NCBI GenBank assembly: GCA_012797775.1
Contig: JAAZOM010000022.1
Span: forward strand, 1,241-65,240
Direction: 5' to 3'
Length of the DNA stretch: 64,000 nucleotides
From: Candidatus Kuenenbacteria bacterium
GTDB lineage: Bacteria > Patescibacteriota > Patescibacteriia > UBA2196 > GWA2-42-15
Shown: positions 7,777 to 17,251 of the stretch, piece after piece
How positions within the stretch are numbered: position 1 is the stretch's first letter
Layout: each line of letters starts with the position of its first letter
The notes under the pieces: generated by a model
What the model saw: only the letters and a program-made list of their open reading frames with translations
Told to the model about the DNA's origin: nothing
Databases searched by the model: none
Program-made: the position numbers and the translations under genes

Positions 7777-9498
7777 ATGCTTAACTGGCTCAAAAAATAC
7801 AAAACAGCCATATTTTTAGGCTTATTTTGCTTGGCCTTTTTTTGTATTTACGCTCATTTCAATCTACTGGTTATGCACCCAGACGGGGCAGGGGACAATC
7901 CAAAATTTTCTTCCCCGGACGAGACCGCCAATTATTTTTGGGCCAAAAGACTGGCCCAAGGCCAGCCGCTTTATTATTTTGAAGAGTTAAATGGTCCAGG
8001 CAACAACCTTATCCACCCGAGAAGCATCAATGTTATTGATGGCAAAAACGTACCCGGCTCTTTTCTAGGTTTGATTTTTATTTATGGTTCCCTCGCCAAA
8101 ATCCTCGGCCTCGGAGTCGTTCCCTATTTAACGCCATTTTTTTCCGCGCTCGGGATTTTCTTTTTTTATTTATTACTAAAAAAGATTTTTAATTCTACCC
8201 CTGTCGCTCTTATTCCCGCAACGCTCTTGGCTTTTACTCCAGCTTGGTTTTATTATTCCTGCCGAGGTATGTACCATAACGTACTGTTCACCAGTTTGTT
8301 GATTATGGGGGTTTATTTTTTATGGAAGGTTCTGGCGGAAGCTCCTAGCCCAAATTCCAAATCCCAAGCCCCAAATCAAAAATCAAAAATCAACAATCCA
8401 AAACTAATGTTATATTTCCTCTCCGGTCTTTTGATCAGCTTCGCTCTATTCACTCGCACTTCAGAAATTGTTTGGGCCGCCTTAACTATTTTTTTTATTT
8501 TCATTTTTCACTTTAAAAGGATCTATTGGCCCGGTTTTCTTTTATTTTTGGCCGCTGGAACGATCCCCATTATCGCCTTATTCTATCACAATCAGATTCT
8601 TTACGGTTCACTTATCTCTGCTGGTTATCGCGCCGTGAGTGATGCTGTATCTATTGGCGGCTTGGCTAGTGCTGGTGTTTTATTCCAGATTTTTGTCACC
8701 CCCTTTGGCATTCATCCCGGTTCCATTCTCACCAACGGTTTCAATTATCTTTATCAGCTTTTTCCGATTTGGGGCGCACTTTATTTTCTTGGCGCTTTCC
8801 TCTTCGCGATTCTCCCGACTCATATTATTAAAATCAATTATAAAAAAAGAATCGCTTATCTCGCTTATTGCTTACTGCTCACTGCTTATTTATTGATTTT
8901 TTATGGTTCTTGGGCGATCACTGATCGCATTGACCGGGAGACTCTCTCGCTTGGTACTTCTTATCTGCGTTATTGGCTGCCGATTTATATTGTTACCTTG
9001 CCGTTTGTCGCTACTATTATCTGGCAGCTCGCCAATTTTTTGACTCCGCTCCAAAAAAGAAAAATTTTTTATCAGTCAATTTTTTCTTTTGCCGCTTGCC
9101 TTTGCATATTTATGCCCACGATCAATGTGCTTTTGCGCCAGAGTGACGAAAGTTTGTTTCTTTTAAAAAACCTAAACGAAACTCGTGTTAAATCAGCCAT
9201 TGTTAATAAAATGGTCGGGCCAGAAGATATCGTCCTCGTCTACAAACAGGCGGATAAAATATTTTTCCCCGAACGCACTCTTTTAATTACCGAACTAGCT
9301 GTCCCTATTGATTATGAATCAGTCGCCACCTTGTCAAAAATCAGAGATGTCTATTATTATTCCTACGCCAATCCCAGAGACGTTGATTCCATCTCGCGCT
9401 TGCAATTTGCTCCATATGGATTGGAAATTGTCGAGGGGCAAAAGGTTTTTGGCAATGATAGACTTTATAAGATTAAAAAAATTAGACAAATACAGTAA
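7777..9498 (+). CDS. Polytopic membrane glycosyltransferase, GT-C fold, ArnT/PMT-like (GT39/GT83).
   Basis: More than 10 TM helices. The first extracytoplasmic loop carries the HP..DE motif (HPDGAGDNPKFSSPDETANYFWAKRL) typical of the ArnT/PMT family. Confidence 0.45.
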   Translation: MLNWLKKYKTAIFLGLFCLAFFCIYAHFNLLVMHPDGAGDNPKFSSPDETANYFWAKRLAQGQPLYYFEELNGPGNNLIHPRSINVIDGKNVPGSFLGLIFIYGSLAKILGLGVVPYLTPFFSALGIFFFYLLLKKIFNSTPVALIPATLLAFTPAWFYYSCRGMYHNVLFTSLLIMGVYFLWKVLAEAPSPNSKSQAPNQKSKINNPKLMLYFLSGLLISFALFTRTSEIVWAALTIFFIFIFHFKRIYWPGFLLFLAAGTIPIIALFYHNQILYGSLISAGYRAVSDAVSIGGLASAGVLFQIFVTPFGIHPGSILTNGFNYLYQLFPIWGALYFLGAFLFAILPTHIIKINYKKRIAYLAYCLLLTAYLLIFYGSWAITDRIDRETLSLGTSYLRYWLPIYIVTLPFVATIIWQLANFLTPLQKRKIFYQSIFSFAACLCIFMPTINVLLRQSDESLFLLKNLNETRVKSAIVNKMVGPEDIVLVYKQADKIFFPERTLLITELAVPIDYESVATLSKIRDVYYYSYANPRDVDSISRLQFAPYGLEIVEGQKVFGNDRLYKIKKIRQIQ

Positions 9499-9563
9499 CT
9501 TGTAACTCGCAAAAAGTAAAATTATCCCTTGTGCTAGTTACTAATTACGAGTTACTAGTTACC
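9494..9563. repeat. Dispersed palindromic repeat, copy A: AGTAACTTGTAACTCG, spacer, then CCTTGTGCTAGTTACTAATTACGAGTTACTAGTTACC.
   Basis: Shares about 35 of 37 nt with the copy at the window end (63956-63995). It overlaps the TAA stop of the upstream gene. Confidence 0.7.
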
Positions 9564-10193
9564 AAAAGAATTATTATGCCCATCTATAAATACATAAGAT
9601 TTATCTTAATTGCCGCCCCCATCATCTTTCTGGGCTTTTTAATATACAAAGACCTTGTCCCTAGTGGCCGCTTGATTACTAACTATGATTTTTGTGATTT
9701 AAATCCGTTCGCTTCTTCCTGGTCGCCGCATGGCCGGGTTTTGGCTATAGAAAAAATTAAAATGGGCGGCGACAAATATTGCCAACAAAAAATGGTCATT
9801 GACCCGGTTTATTTTGACATCCGCCTGCCACAAAGATTTAATGAGGCCAGGCTGACCGTCTGGTATCAAAAAAAATCTGAAACAAAATTGCAAATTGGTC
9901 CAGCCATTGATTTATCCGCCTGGCAGTGGCAATTAAAAGATATTAATTATATCCGCACCGAAAACAATTGGCAGGTCGGCGTCGCTGATTATAATATTCA
10001 ATCTTCCAAGCTAGATAATAATCGTTTGCGCTTTCTAGTTTCTTCGCCAAATATGGACACCTCTAGGCAGGAGATTATTTTTAAAAAAATAGAAATAGAA
10101 TTTATAAAAAAACCGATTACCGCTTGGCCGGATTTTATCGAAAGAGCAAAAGAATTCATCTTGTTTTCTAGATTAAAAATTATTTTTCAGTAA
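9531..10193 (+). CDS. Hypothetical protein (the real start is probably the ATG at 9576). The ORF is bracketed by repeat copies A and B.
   Basis: ORF with an N-terminal TM segment. The 5' end of the track ORF is repeat-encoded (LVTNYELLVT). Confidence 0.4.
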   Translation: MLVTNYELLVTKRIIMPIYKYIRFILIAAPIIFLGFLIYKDLVPSGRLITNYDFCDLNPFASSWSPHGRVLAIEKIKMGGDKYCQQKMVIDPVYFDIRLPQRFNEARLTVWYQKKSETKLQIGPAIDLSAWQWQLKDINYIRTENNWQVGVADYNIQSSKLDNNRLRFLVSSPNMDTSRQEIIFKKIEIEFIKKPITAWPDFIERAKEFILFSRLKIIFQ

Positions 10194-10210
10194 CTCGTAA
10201 CTAGCTACTA
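10188..10210. repeat. Dispersed palindromic repeat, copy B (partial): CAGTAACTCGTAACTAGCTAC.
   Basis: It overlaps the TAA stop of the preceding ORF and resembles the left end of copies A and D. Confidence 0.5.
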
Positions 10211-10215
10211 AAGAT

Positions 10216-10422
10216 ATGAGAGAATTTTTCAAAAAACTGATCAATGCTCTATTCTATATTTCGCTCCTTATCTGGCTGGTTTATTTTGTGCTAGAATTAC
10301 TAAAAGAAGGGTTGGTTTCCAATTACTTTGATTTAAACTTATTATTACTCTCGGTGATTGTAATCGGAGTGATAAATATTATGATTAATTATAGCAGCAA
10401 CCATGATGATACGAGAGGCTGA
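10216..10422 (+). CDS. Small hypothetical membrane protein.
   Basis: 68-aa ORF with two hydrophobic helices. Confidence 0.3.
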   Translation: MREFFKKLINALFYISLLIWLVYFVLELLKEGLVSNYFDLNLLLLSVIVIGVINIMINYSSNHDDTRG

Positions 10423-11167
10423 CATTGCTCGCGAAACCAATGTTGATAAGACCGGGCTAGCACTCTCTGTCACCGATTCAGGTGATGTTAATAGCCTTGC
10501 GCAATACCTTATATTTGAAACAAGTAATAATTTTAGACGTGAAGATACTAAGGCCCCATTAGAATTAAGGATTAAAAAATTAGCAAGGGAAATAGCCGAT
10601 AGAAAAAAGGCTGTTGTTTTGATTCGTGACGGTGATAAAATCATAGGGAGCACGACGGTCAGTGATCTTTTGCCAGACAGCAAGGAAGCCTGGGCTGATG
10701 GTACTTTGGTGGATCCTAGTTATCGTGGTCGTGGCATAGGTTTGCAATTAGCTCTAGCGCAAGAAAAAATAGCTAGATCTGCCGGTCGGGAATCAATAGC
10801 CACCATAGTTGCTGTTGATAATATGCCCAGTATTGCCTTGAGATTAAAAGCCGGTTATATATTAAATGGGATTAATCGCTGGAAAAGCGAGGCCGGTTAT
10901 AAATTTAGAAAAGATCTGACAGCGTCATCTGGCGAGGCGGCTGTTAACTGGGTAGACAAAGTTTTAACTGGTGGGATTGGTATAATTGAGAAAATAGACC
11001 AGCAAAACACCCAAAAAGAAATATTGGTTCCAGCTGACGACCCTGATGTTGTTAATAAAATTATAGCCAAGGGTTATCGGGGGGTTTATTTGTTGATGCC
11101 AGAAAATTTTCGGAACGAAAAAGAACAACCAATTAATAAAAATTGTATTGTATTTGTTAAAGATTAA
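10403..11167 (+). CDS. GNAT family N-acetyltransferase.
   Basis: Acetyl-CoA binding motif VDPSYRGRGIGLQLA. Confidence 0.5.
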   Translation: MMIREADIARETNVDKTGLALSVTDSGDVNSLAQYLIFETSNNFRREDTKAPLELRIKKLAREIADRKKAVVLIRDGDKIIGSTTVSDLLPDSKEAWADGTLVDPSYRGRGIGLQLALAQEKIARSAGRESIATIVAVDNMPSIALRLKAGYILNGINRWKSEAGYKFRKDLTASSGEAAVNWVDKVLTGGIGIIEKIDQQNTQKEILVPADDPDVVNKIIAKGYRGVYLLMPENFRNEKEQPINKNCIVFVKD

Positions 11168-11178
11168 TTTATAATAAT

Positions 11179-11661
11179 ATGATTGACGGCGTAAAAATAA
11201 AAGAATTAAAGATCCACCCAGATGTGCACAAAGAAGGCGAAGAAGTGGTCAAAGAACCGGGTTTTTTGGCCGAGGTTTTACGCGCCGATGAAGGGCTTTT
11301 AAAAAAATTCGGCCAAAGCATTTTCACTCTAGCTTATCCAGGTACGATCAAGGCTTTCCATTGGCACAAGCTCCAAGATGATTTATGGTTTTTTGCTACC
11401 GGCAAAGTTATTGTGGTCTTGCATGATCTGCGGGACGATTCACCGACCAAGGGTGAGACCCAGGTTATAGGAGCCGGAGCAGGGGATTATAAATTAATTT
11501 TAATTCCTGTTGGCGTAGCCCATGGCTACAAAGTGCTTGGTGATGAGTCAGCTATGCTTTTTTATCACGTGACCGAAGTTTATAATAAGGACAATCCTGA
11601 CGAAGAACGGATTCCCTACGATGATCCCCAGATTGGTTTTGATTGGGGAAAATACCAATAG
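11179..11661 (+). CDS. dTDP-4-dehydrorhamnose 3,5-epimerase-like cupin (RmlC family sugar-nucleotide epimerase).
   Basis: HWHKLQDDLWFFATGKVIVVLHDLRDDSPTKG and a later GVAHGY. Confidence 0.5.
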   Translation: MIDGVKIKELKIHPDVHKEGEEVVKEPGFLAEVLRADEGLLKKFGQSIFTLAYPGTIKAFHWHKLQDDLWFFATGKVIVVLHDLRDDSPTKGETQVIGAGAGDYKLILIPVGVAHGYKVLGDESAMLFYHVTEVYNKDNPDEERIPYDDPQIGFDWGKYQ

Positions 11662-11692
11662 AATTAAAAATTAGAAATTTAAAATTATTCTT

Positions 11693-12592
11693 ATGAGTTG
11701 GTTATTAATCACCCTCATCGCCTATTTTTTGAACGCCATTGCCATGGTCATTGACAAGACCTTGCTCAAGCGCGATATAAAAAATCCTTTTGTTTATACT
11801 TTTTATATTGCCGCTCTGGGAGCGGTATTAATGGTTTTTATTCTGCCCTTCGGCTTGAAGTGGCCTGGCTTGAGCCAATTTATTGTCAGCCTCGCCGCCG
11901 GCGCTACTTTCGCTCTGGGTTTATTCTTGATGTTTTTTGGGCTTAAGAAAGAGGACGCTTCTCGGCTCACTCCAGTGATCGGCGGGCTGACTCCAGTTTT
12001 TGTCTTCCTGCTGGCTTATTTATTTTTGGGGGAGCGATTATTTGGTCGTCAAATTATTGCTTTTATTCTCATCATTGTTGGTACCTTTGTAGTTTCCTTA
12101 AGTTTTGGCCGGGGGCATGCCCCTCATCTGCGTCGGGCTTTTTGGCTGGCCCTACCCTCGGCTTTTCTTTTCGGACTTTCCTATGTCTTGACCAAAGATG
12201 TTTACAATCATCAGCCATTTATTTCCGGTTTTGTTTGGACCAGACTCGGTGCCTTCATTGTCGCTATTATGCCCATGTTGTGGGCCAAAAATCGCTATGA
12301 TTTGCTTCATCCACCAAAAGGAGGTGGTATGTCTGGTGCCAAGAGCCGTTTTCTTTTCGGTCAAGCTTGTGGCGGTTCATCTGCTATTTTGATCCAATAT
12401 GCCGTGTCTCTGGCCTCCGTTTCTTTGGTTCAAGCCCTGCAGGGCACTCAATATGTTTTTATCTTTCTGGCCGTTCTTTATCTGACTTATTATCGCCCCA
12501 AAATTTTAAAAGAAACATTCAATCCAGCCATTATCACTCAAAAAATAATTGCTATTATTTTGATTGGTCTAGGTTTATATTTTATAATCTAA
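11693..12592 (+). CDS. EamA/DMT-family membrane transporter.
   Basis: Ten predicted TM helices and duplicated EamA-like halves. Confidence 0.45.
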   Translation: MSWLLITLIAYFLNAIAMVIDKTLLKRDIKNPFVYTFYIAALGAVLMVFILPFGLKWPGLSQFIVSLAAGATFALGLFLMFFGLKKEDASRLTPVIGGLTPVFVFLLAYLFLGERLFGRQIIAFILIIVGTFVVSLSFGRGHAPHLRRAFWLALPSAFLFGLSYVLTKDVYNHQPFISGFVWTRLGAFIVAIMPMLWAKNRYDLLHPPKGGGMSGAKSRFLFGQACGGSSAILIQYAVSLASVSLVQALQGTQYVFIFLAVLYLTYYRPKILKETFNPAIITQKIIAIILIGLGLYFII

Positions 12593-12596
12593 AATC

Positions 12597-13166
12597 ATGT
12601 CTTTGTTTTGGTTGGCTATTCATATTTTTTTCTTAGCTTTAGTCCAAGCTTTTCTTGAAGTTCAAATCGAAGGCCCTCATGGCTGGGCTGCCAAGTTGCC
12701 TGTTTGGCGCCCCAGAGCCGACGGGAAAATTGAACGTTTAAAGAAAATATTAAAAATTAAAAAACCCCTGACCGGCTATCATCTGGGCCTGATTGTTTTT
12801 TGGATTTTTATTTTACACTTACCTTTTGCTTTTGGAGTCAGCTGGAGTTGGAAGGCCGAGCTAGTTGTTTTATCTTTTTTAACCTTCTGGATGTTTATCG
12901 AAGATTTTCTATGGTTTATTATCAATCCACACTTTGGCTTCAAAAAATTTAAATCCGAATATGTCTGGTGGCATGATCGCTGGGCCATTGGTGTGCCGGT
13001 TGATTATTATGTGGCCCTTATTTTTTCTTTCATTTTTTATTTACCTGTTAGATCCACTATAGCTGAAAGCATTATTGAATGGCTGAAAATATTAGCTATT
13101 TTTATTGTTTTAACTTTAATCACCATTTTAATCACCGAACTGGTCAGAATGATTAGAAAAAAATAA
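12597..13166 (+). CDS. Hypothetical membrane protein.
   Basis: ORF with several TM helices. Confidence 0.35.
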   Translation: MSLFWLAIHIFFLALVQAFLEVQIEGPHGWAAKLPVWRPRADGKIERLKKILKIKKPLTGYHLGLIVFWIFILHLPFAFGVSWSWKAELVVLSFLTFWMFIEDFLWFIINPHFGFKKFKSEYVWWHDRWAIGVPVDYYVALIFSFIFYLPVRSTIAESIIEWLKILAIFIVLTLITILITELVRMIRKK

Positions 13167-13176
13167 TTTATCAACC

Positions 13177-13213
13177 AAAAACACCCCCGTTATCTTTCAA
13201 GGGTGTTTTTTTA
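13177..13213. terminator. Bidirectional rho-independent terminator between convergent genes.
   Basis: AAAAACACCC-loop-GGGTGTTTTTTT. Confidence 0.65.
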
Positions 13214-13217
13214 TTGG

Positions 13218-13832
13218 TTATTTAATCAGGAAAACATTATAGCCGCTGGTTTGTTTGGACTTTTGTTTGTGTGCCAATTTATCCAACCATCTGGCCAGTT
13301 TATTAAAAATTTTTTTCTTACCCAAGGGACTCAAATATATCCAAGTTTCTAGGGGCCAGCGCACATTTTGTATTTCTATGGAAGAAAAATTTTTGGCCAA
13401 ATGTTTTAACGAATCTTCGGTGTAGCGCCAAAAATCACCATAGTAACCCTTTTCTGCATGATAGCGATAGAGGAAAGGCACATAAATAAAACAATATCCG
13501 CCGGGCTTCAAGACCCGATACATTTCTTCAAAAGCCTTGAACGGATTTTCAATATGTTCCAAAACAGCAATGCAAATTATAGCGTCCACAGATTTATCCC
13601 CTAGCGGCAGATCGTGTATATCACCGACAATATCCGGATTATAATCTGGCACCGGGTCTAAAATTTTATAATACACCCTCTCCAGATATTTTTTGATCCA
13701 GGCGCGATTGGGGTTATAGCGGTTGCCCTTATTTTCCAAGATCCTAAGTCCGCCCCCAATATCCAAAATTTCTTTTTTCTCCTCGAAAATTTGTTTTATT
13801 TTTTGATTAAAAAATTCATCCCACGGAGTCAT
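13218..13832 (-). CDS. Class I SAM-dependent methyltransferase.
   Basis: ILDIGGG (motif I) and VDAIICIAVLEHI..LKPGG (Methyltransf_11-like). Confidence 0.6.
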   Translation of the reverse strand: MTPWDEFFNQKIKQIFEEKKEILDIGGGLRILENKGNRYNPNRAWIKKYLERVYYKILDPVPDYNPDIVGDIHDLPLGDKSVDAIICIAVLEHIENPFKAFEEMYRVLKPGGYCFIYVPFLYRYHAEKGYYGDFWRYTEDSLKHLAKNFSSIEIQNVRWPLETWIYLSPLGKKKIFNKLARWLDKLAHKQKSKQTSGYNVFLIK

Positions 13833-13936
13833 ATTGTTTCGTCGGTTAATTAAGGCTGGTTTGTCTCTTGGCCAGATTTAAGATACAATATAATTACTCC
13901 TTAAGTTTATAATTTTCAAGATATTTAAGCAAATTT

Positions 13937-14998
13937 ATGCGGCTTTTAATGCTTACAAGGAAAGTTGACAGTCAAGACAGTCGGGCCAGTTTTGTTTCTG
14001 ACTGGCTTTTGGAATTAGCCCAAAACCTAGAAAAATTAGTAGTTATTTGCCAAGAAAAAGGCGATACCAGCGGCTTACCGGAAAACATTGAAATCTTTTC
14101 ATTGGGCAAAGAATTAGGCCATTCAAAAATCAAGCAATTTTTCCGCGCGCAGAAAATATTATTCAAGCTTGTCAAAAAAAGTGACGGCGTCTTGGCCCAC
14201 CAGATGCCTATTTATGGGGTTCTTGCTGGGCCTGCCAGTTGGCTGTCTCACAAAAAATTAATTCAATGGTATGCTCATGGTACTGTTGACTGGCGCTTAA
14301 AGTTGGCGAATTTTTTCGTGACCGAATTTGTCACCTCGTCAGCCGATGGTTTTCGAATGCCAACCAAAAAACCAGTGCGGGTTATTGGGCAGGGTATCAA
14401 CACTAATAAATTCAAAATTCAAAATTCAAAACTCAAAGCAAATGAAGAATTTAATATTTTGACTATTGGTCGTATTTCACCGAGTAAAGATATTGAATCC
14501 ATGATCAAGGCTGTTTATGAATTAAAAGAACAGAATGTCGATAATATAAAATTAACTATCATTGGCGCACCAGCTACGGCCGCTGGTTTTCATTATTCCC
14601 AAAATCTTCAGTCTATGGTGGAGAACATGAATCTGGGCAACCAAATCAATTTTTTTGGCGGCATTCCTCACGCTGAAACAATAAAGCATTTAGCTCAAGC
14701 TGATTTATTTTTAAATTTGAGTGATACAGGTAGTTTGGACAAAACCGTTTTGGAAGCTATGGCTGCTGGTTGCCTAGTCTTGACGAGCAATATTGCTTAC
14801 AAAAATATTTTGCCGCCTGAATTATTCACCACCAAAGACAACCCCCAAACCTTGACCCAAAAGATTAAAGAATTGATGGGCTTATCAGAACAAAAAAAAG
14901 AGGAGTTTAAAAAACAATTACGCGATGAAGTCCTCGCCCATCACAACTTGGCCGACTTTGCCAAAAAAATTGTAGGATTATATAGTAATTTATCCTGA
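13937..14998 (+). CDS. Glycosyltransferase family 4.
   Basis: GT4 C-terminal core: GRISPSKDI...EAMAAGCLVLTS. Confidence 0.65.
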   Translation: MRLLMLTRKVDSQDSRASFVSDWLLELAQNLEKLVVICQEKGDTSGLPENIEIFSLGKELGHSKIKQFFRAQKILFKLVKKSDGVLAHQMPIYGVLAGPASWLSHKKLIQWYAHGTVDWRLKLANFFVTEFVTSSADGFRMPTKKPVRVIGQGINTNKFKIQNSKLKANEEFNILTIGRISPSKDIESMIKAVYELKEQNVDNIKLTIIGAPATAAGFHYSQNLQSMVENMNLGNQINFFGGIPHAETIKHLAQADLFLNLSDTGSLDKTVLEAMAAGCLVLTSNIAYKNILPPELFTTKDNPQTLTQKIKELMGLSEQKKEEFKKQLRDEVLAHHNLADFAKKIVGLYSNLS

Positions 14999-15000
14999 AC

Positions 15001-15080
15001 CCCGATGCGAATCGGGGCGAAGGATCCCACCGTAATCCGCTCTATTTGTGGGATCTTTCGCTAACGCTCAAGATAAACTT
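15001..15080 (+). repeat. Dispersed intergenic element, copy 1: TTATCCTGA, hairpin, GAAGGATCCC, loop, GGGATCTTTCG...CTCAAGATAAA. Its TTATCCTGA supplies the upstream gene's last two codons and TGA stop.
   Basis: Alignable with the copies at 27321-27445 and 34146-34181. Confidence 0.6.
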
Positions 15081-15092
15081 CCAAATAAAAAT

Positions 15093-15959
15093 ATGAAAAT
15101 TGCCCTTATTGGCTCCACTGGACAACTCGGTACGGATTTCAAAAAAGTTATTCCTGCTCAATTTTTGGTTAATTTAGATTATCCTAATTTTGACTTAACC
15201 AAAAAAGATCTTGTCCGCGAACAATTATTAGCTATTAGACCAGACATAGTTATTAATACTGCTGCTTATAATCTAGTTGACCGGGCCGAAGATTTCCCCG
15301 AGGAAGCCCTAGCCGTGAATTATTATGGCGTAAAAAATTTGGTTGATGTTTGTTTAGAATTAGATTGTATTCTGGTTCATTACAGTAGTGATTATATTTT
15401 TGGAGGAGAGGACGATCGCCGCACCCCTTACACCGAAGAAGACCACCCCGCGCCAATCAACCAATATGGCCAGTCAAAATTATTGGGCGAACAGGAAATC
15501 ATTAAACGTTGTCAAAAATATTTTATTATCCGTACTTCTGGCCTTTTTGGCACCGCTGGCTCAGAAGGCAAAGGCGGCAATTTTATTGAATCAATTATTA
15601 AAAAAGGTAAAGAAACTGGCGAATTAAAAATTGTTGATGACCAATTTCTTACCCCTACCTATACCTTGGATTTGGCCCGCCAAAGTTGGCAGTTGATGCA
15701 AACCGAACATTTTGGTCTCTACCATGCCACCTCGGAGTGGGAGTGTAGTTGGTATGAATTTGGGAGAGAAGTGATGAAATACATTGATCCCAATATCAAA
15801 ATTATCCCGGTTAAAACTTCTGAATATCAATTGCCCGCCCAAAGACCCAAATATTGTGTTTTGGAAAATAAAAAATTAAAAGAATTAGGTTTAAATATTA
15901 TGCGCCCTTGGGCCGCCACCATTCCTGACTATCTCCAAGAGAAAGGATATCTCCAATAA
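15093..15959 (+). CDS. rfbD: dTDP-4-dehydrorhamnose reductase (RmlD family).
   Basis: MKIALIGSTGQLG..., YSSDYIFGG, YGQSK and VDDQFLTPTY are typical of RmlD. Confidence 0.65.
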   Translation: MKIALIGSTGQLGTDFKKVIPAQFLVNLDYPNFDLTKKDLVREQLLAIRPDIVINTAAYNLVDRAEDFPEEALAVNYYGVKNLVDVCLELDCILVHYSSDYIFGGEDDRRTPYTEEDHPAPINQYGQSKLLGEQEIIKRCQKYFIIRTSGLFGTAGSEGKGGNFIESIIKKGKETGELKIVDDQFLTPTYTLDLARQSWQLMQTEHFGLYHATSEWECSWYEFGREVMKYIDPNIKIIPVKTSEYQLPAQRPKYCVLENKKLKELGLNIMRPWAATIPDYLQEKGYLQ

Positions 15960-15961
15960 TT

Positions 15962-17251
15962 ATGAAAATATTAATCGTCGCTTATAAATTTGGTACCGAA
16001 AAAGAGCTGGGCGAACACCTGGGCACCTATCATTATTTTATAGAAATCGCCCGCCGTCTTGTTGCTTCGGGACACGAGATTGCTGTGATTGCGCCCTGGC
16101 TTTCTTTTTCAAAAAAAGGCAGTGGTGGATTTGATGGCGTCAAAGTAATTCGTTACTATCCGCCGCTCTGGCATAAAATTTGGGCTTTCCCTTTCAACCG
16201 CCTCTTGCGCTTTTCGTATATTTGGGCTACCCAGAGGCAAGTCTTGAAATTTAATAAAAAAGAAAAGCCCGACGCTATTTTTGTCTGGCAGGCTAGGGAA
16301 ACTGGTTATGCCGTTGCCCAGCTAAAAAATAAAATAAAAACACCTTTTATCTTTCGCCAGATCACCACTTGGCACTGGCATTTTGAAAGGGGACCAAAAG
16401 AAATTTTTGGCCAGCGCTCTTGGTACAAGGCCATAAAAAATTTAGGGCTCGGGCGTCTGGTTGATTATCTTTTAAATTTTCTACTTGATCAAAAAACTCA
16501 AAAAAGATATGCTCGTGAGATTTATCAAAAAGCAGATAAGGTTGTTTTTTTGAGTCAGGTGGCTGCGGCCGAAGGCCTTGATATGGGGCTAGACAATGAC
16601 AAGGTTGACACCTTGCCGGTCTCCATAGAGACTGATTTGTTTCAGCCATTAAATAAAAAAAATGACTTACGCCAAAAGCTAGGTATCAATGGAGACAAGG
16701 TTATTTTATTTATTGGCCGCATAAATTTTGCCGAAAAGGGTATTGGTTATCTGCTCGAAGCTCTGCCGTCAATAATTACCGAGATTCCCGGAGTAAATTT
16801 GGTCATTGTCGGCAGTGGCGGGGAAACCCCGCGCATGATGGCCATGATCAAAGATTTGCAGATAGAAAAAAATGTCCAATTGGTTGGCAGTAAATCTTTT
16901 TATCAATTGATCGATTATCTCAATGCCGCAGATGTTTTTGCTACCCCGTCGGTCTGGATGGAAGCTTTTGGCCAAGTGACGATCGAAGCTATGGCTTGCG
17001 GTTTGCCAGTAGTCACCTCTGACGCCGGCGCTAGCCCAGAGATAAATATTAATAATGAGACTGGTTTTATCGTCCCAGCCAAAAACAAAGAAGCGCTCGC
17101 CGAGGCCCTTACCCAAATTTTAAAAGATGACCAACTGGCTGAGAGGTTTGGCCGAGAGGGCCGGCAAAGAGTTTTGGAAAATTATACTTATGAAGTTGTG
17201 ATTGAAAAACTTTTAGCGATTATTCAATCTATAAAAAATAAAACCCGATGA
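15962..17251 (+). CDS. Glycosyltransferase family 4.
   Basis: EAFGQVTIEAMACGLPVVTSD..ETGFIV. Confidence 0.65.
   Translation: MKILIVAYKFGTEKELGEHLGTYHYFIEIARRLVASGHEIAVIAPWLSFSKKGSGGFDGVKVIRYYPPLWHKIWAFPFNRLLRFSYIWATQRQVLKFNKKEKPDAIFVWQARETGYAVAQLKNKIKTPFIFRQITTWHWHFERGPKEIFGQRSWYKAIKNLGLGRLVDYLLNFLLDQKTQKRYAREIYQKADKVVFLSQVAAAEGLDMGLDNDKVDTLPVSIETDLFQPLNKKNDLRQKLGINGDKVILFIGRINFAEKGIGYLLEALPSIITEIPGVNLVIVGSGGETPRMMAMIKDLQIEKNVQLVGSKSFYQLIDYLNAADVFATPSVWMEAFGQVTIEAMACGLPVVTSDAGASPEININNETGFIVPAKNKEALAEALTQILKDDQLAERFGREGRQRVLENYTYEVVIEKLLAIIQSIKNKTR

Noticed and set aside
8639-8896. Internal same-strand ORFs in the GT-C membrane protein gene (8639-8896, 9308-9505).
   Set aside because: They are out-of-frame pieces inside a continuous 573-aa ORF.
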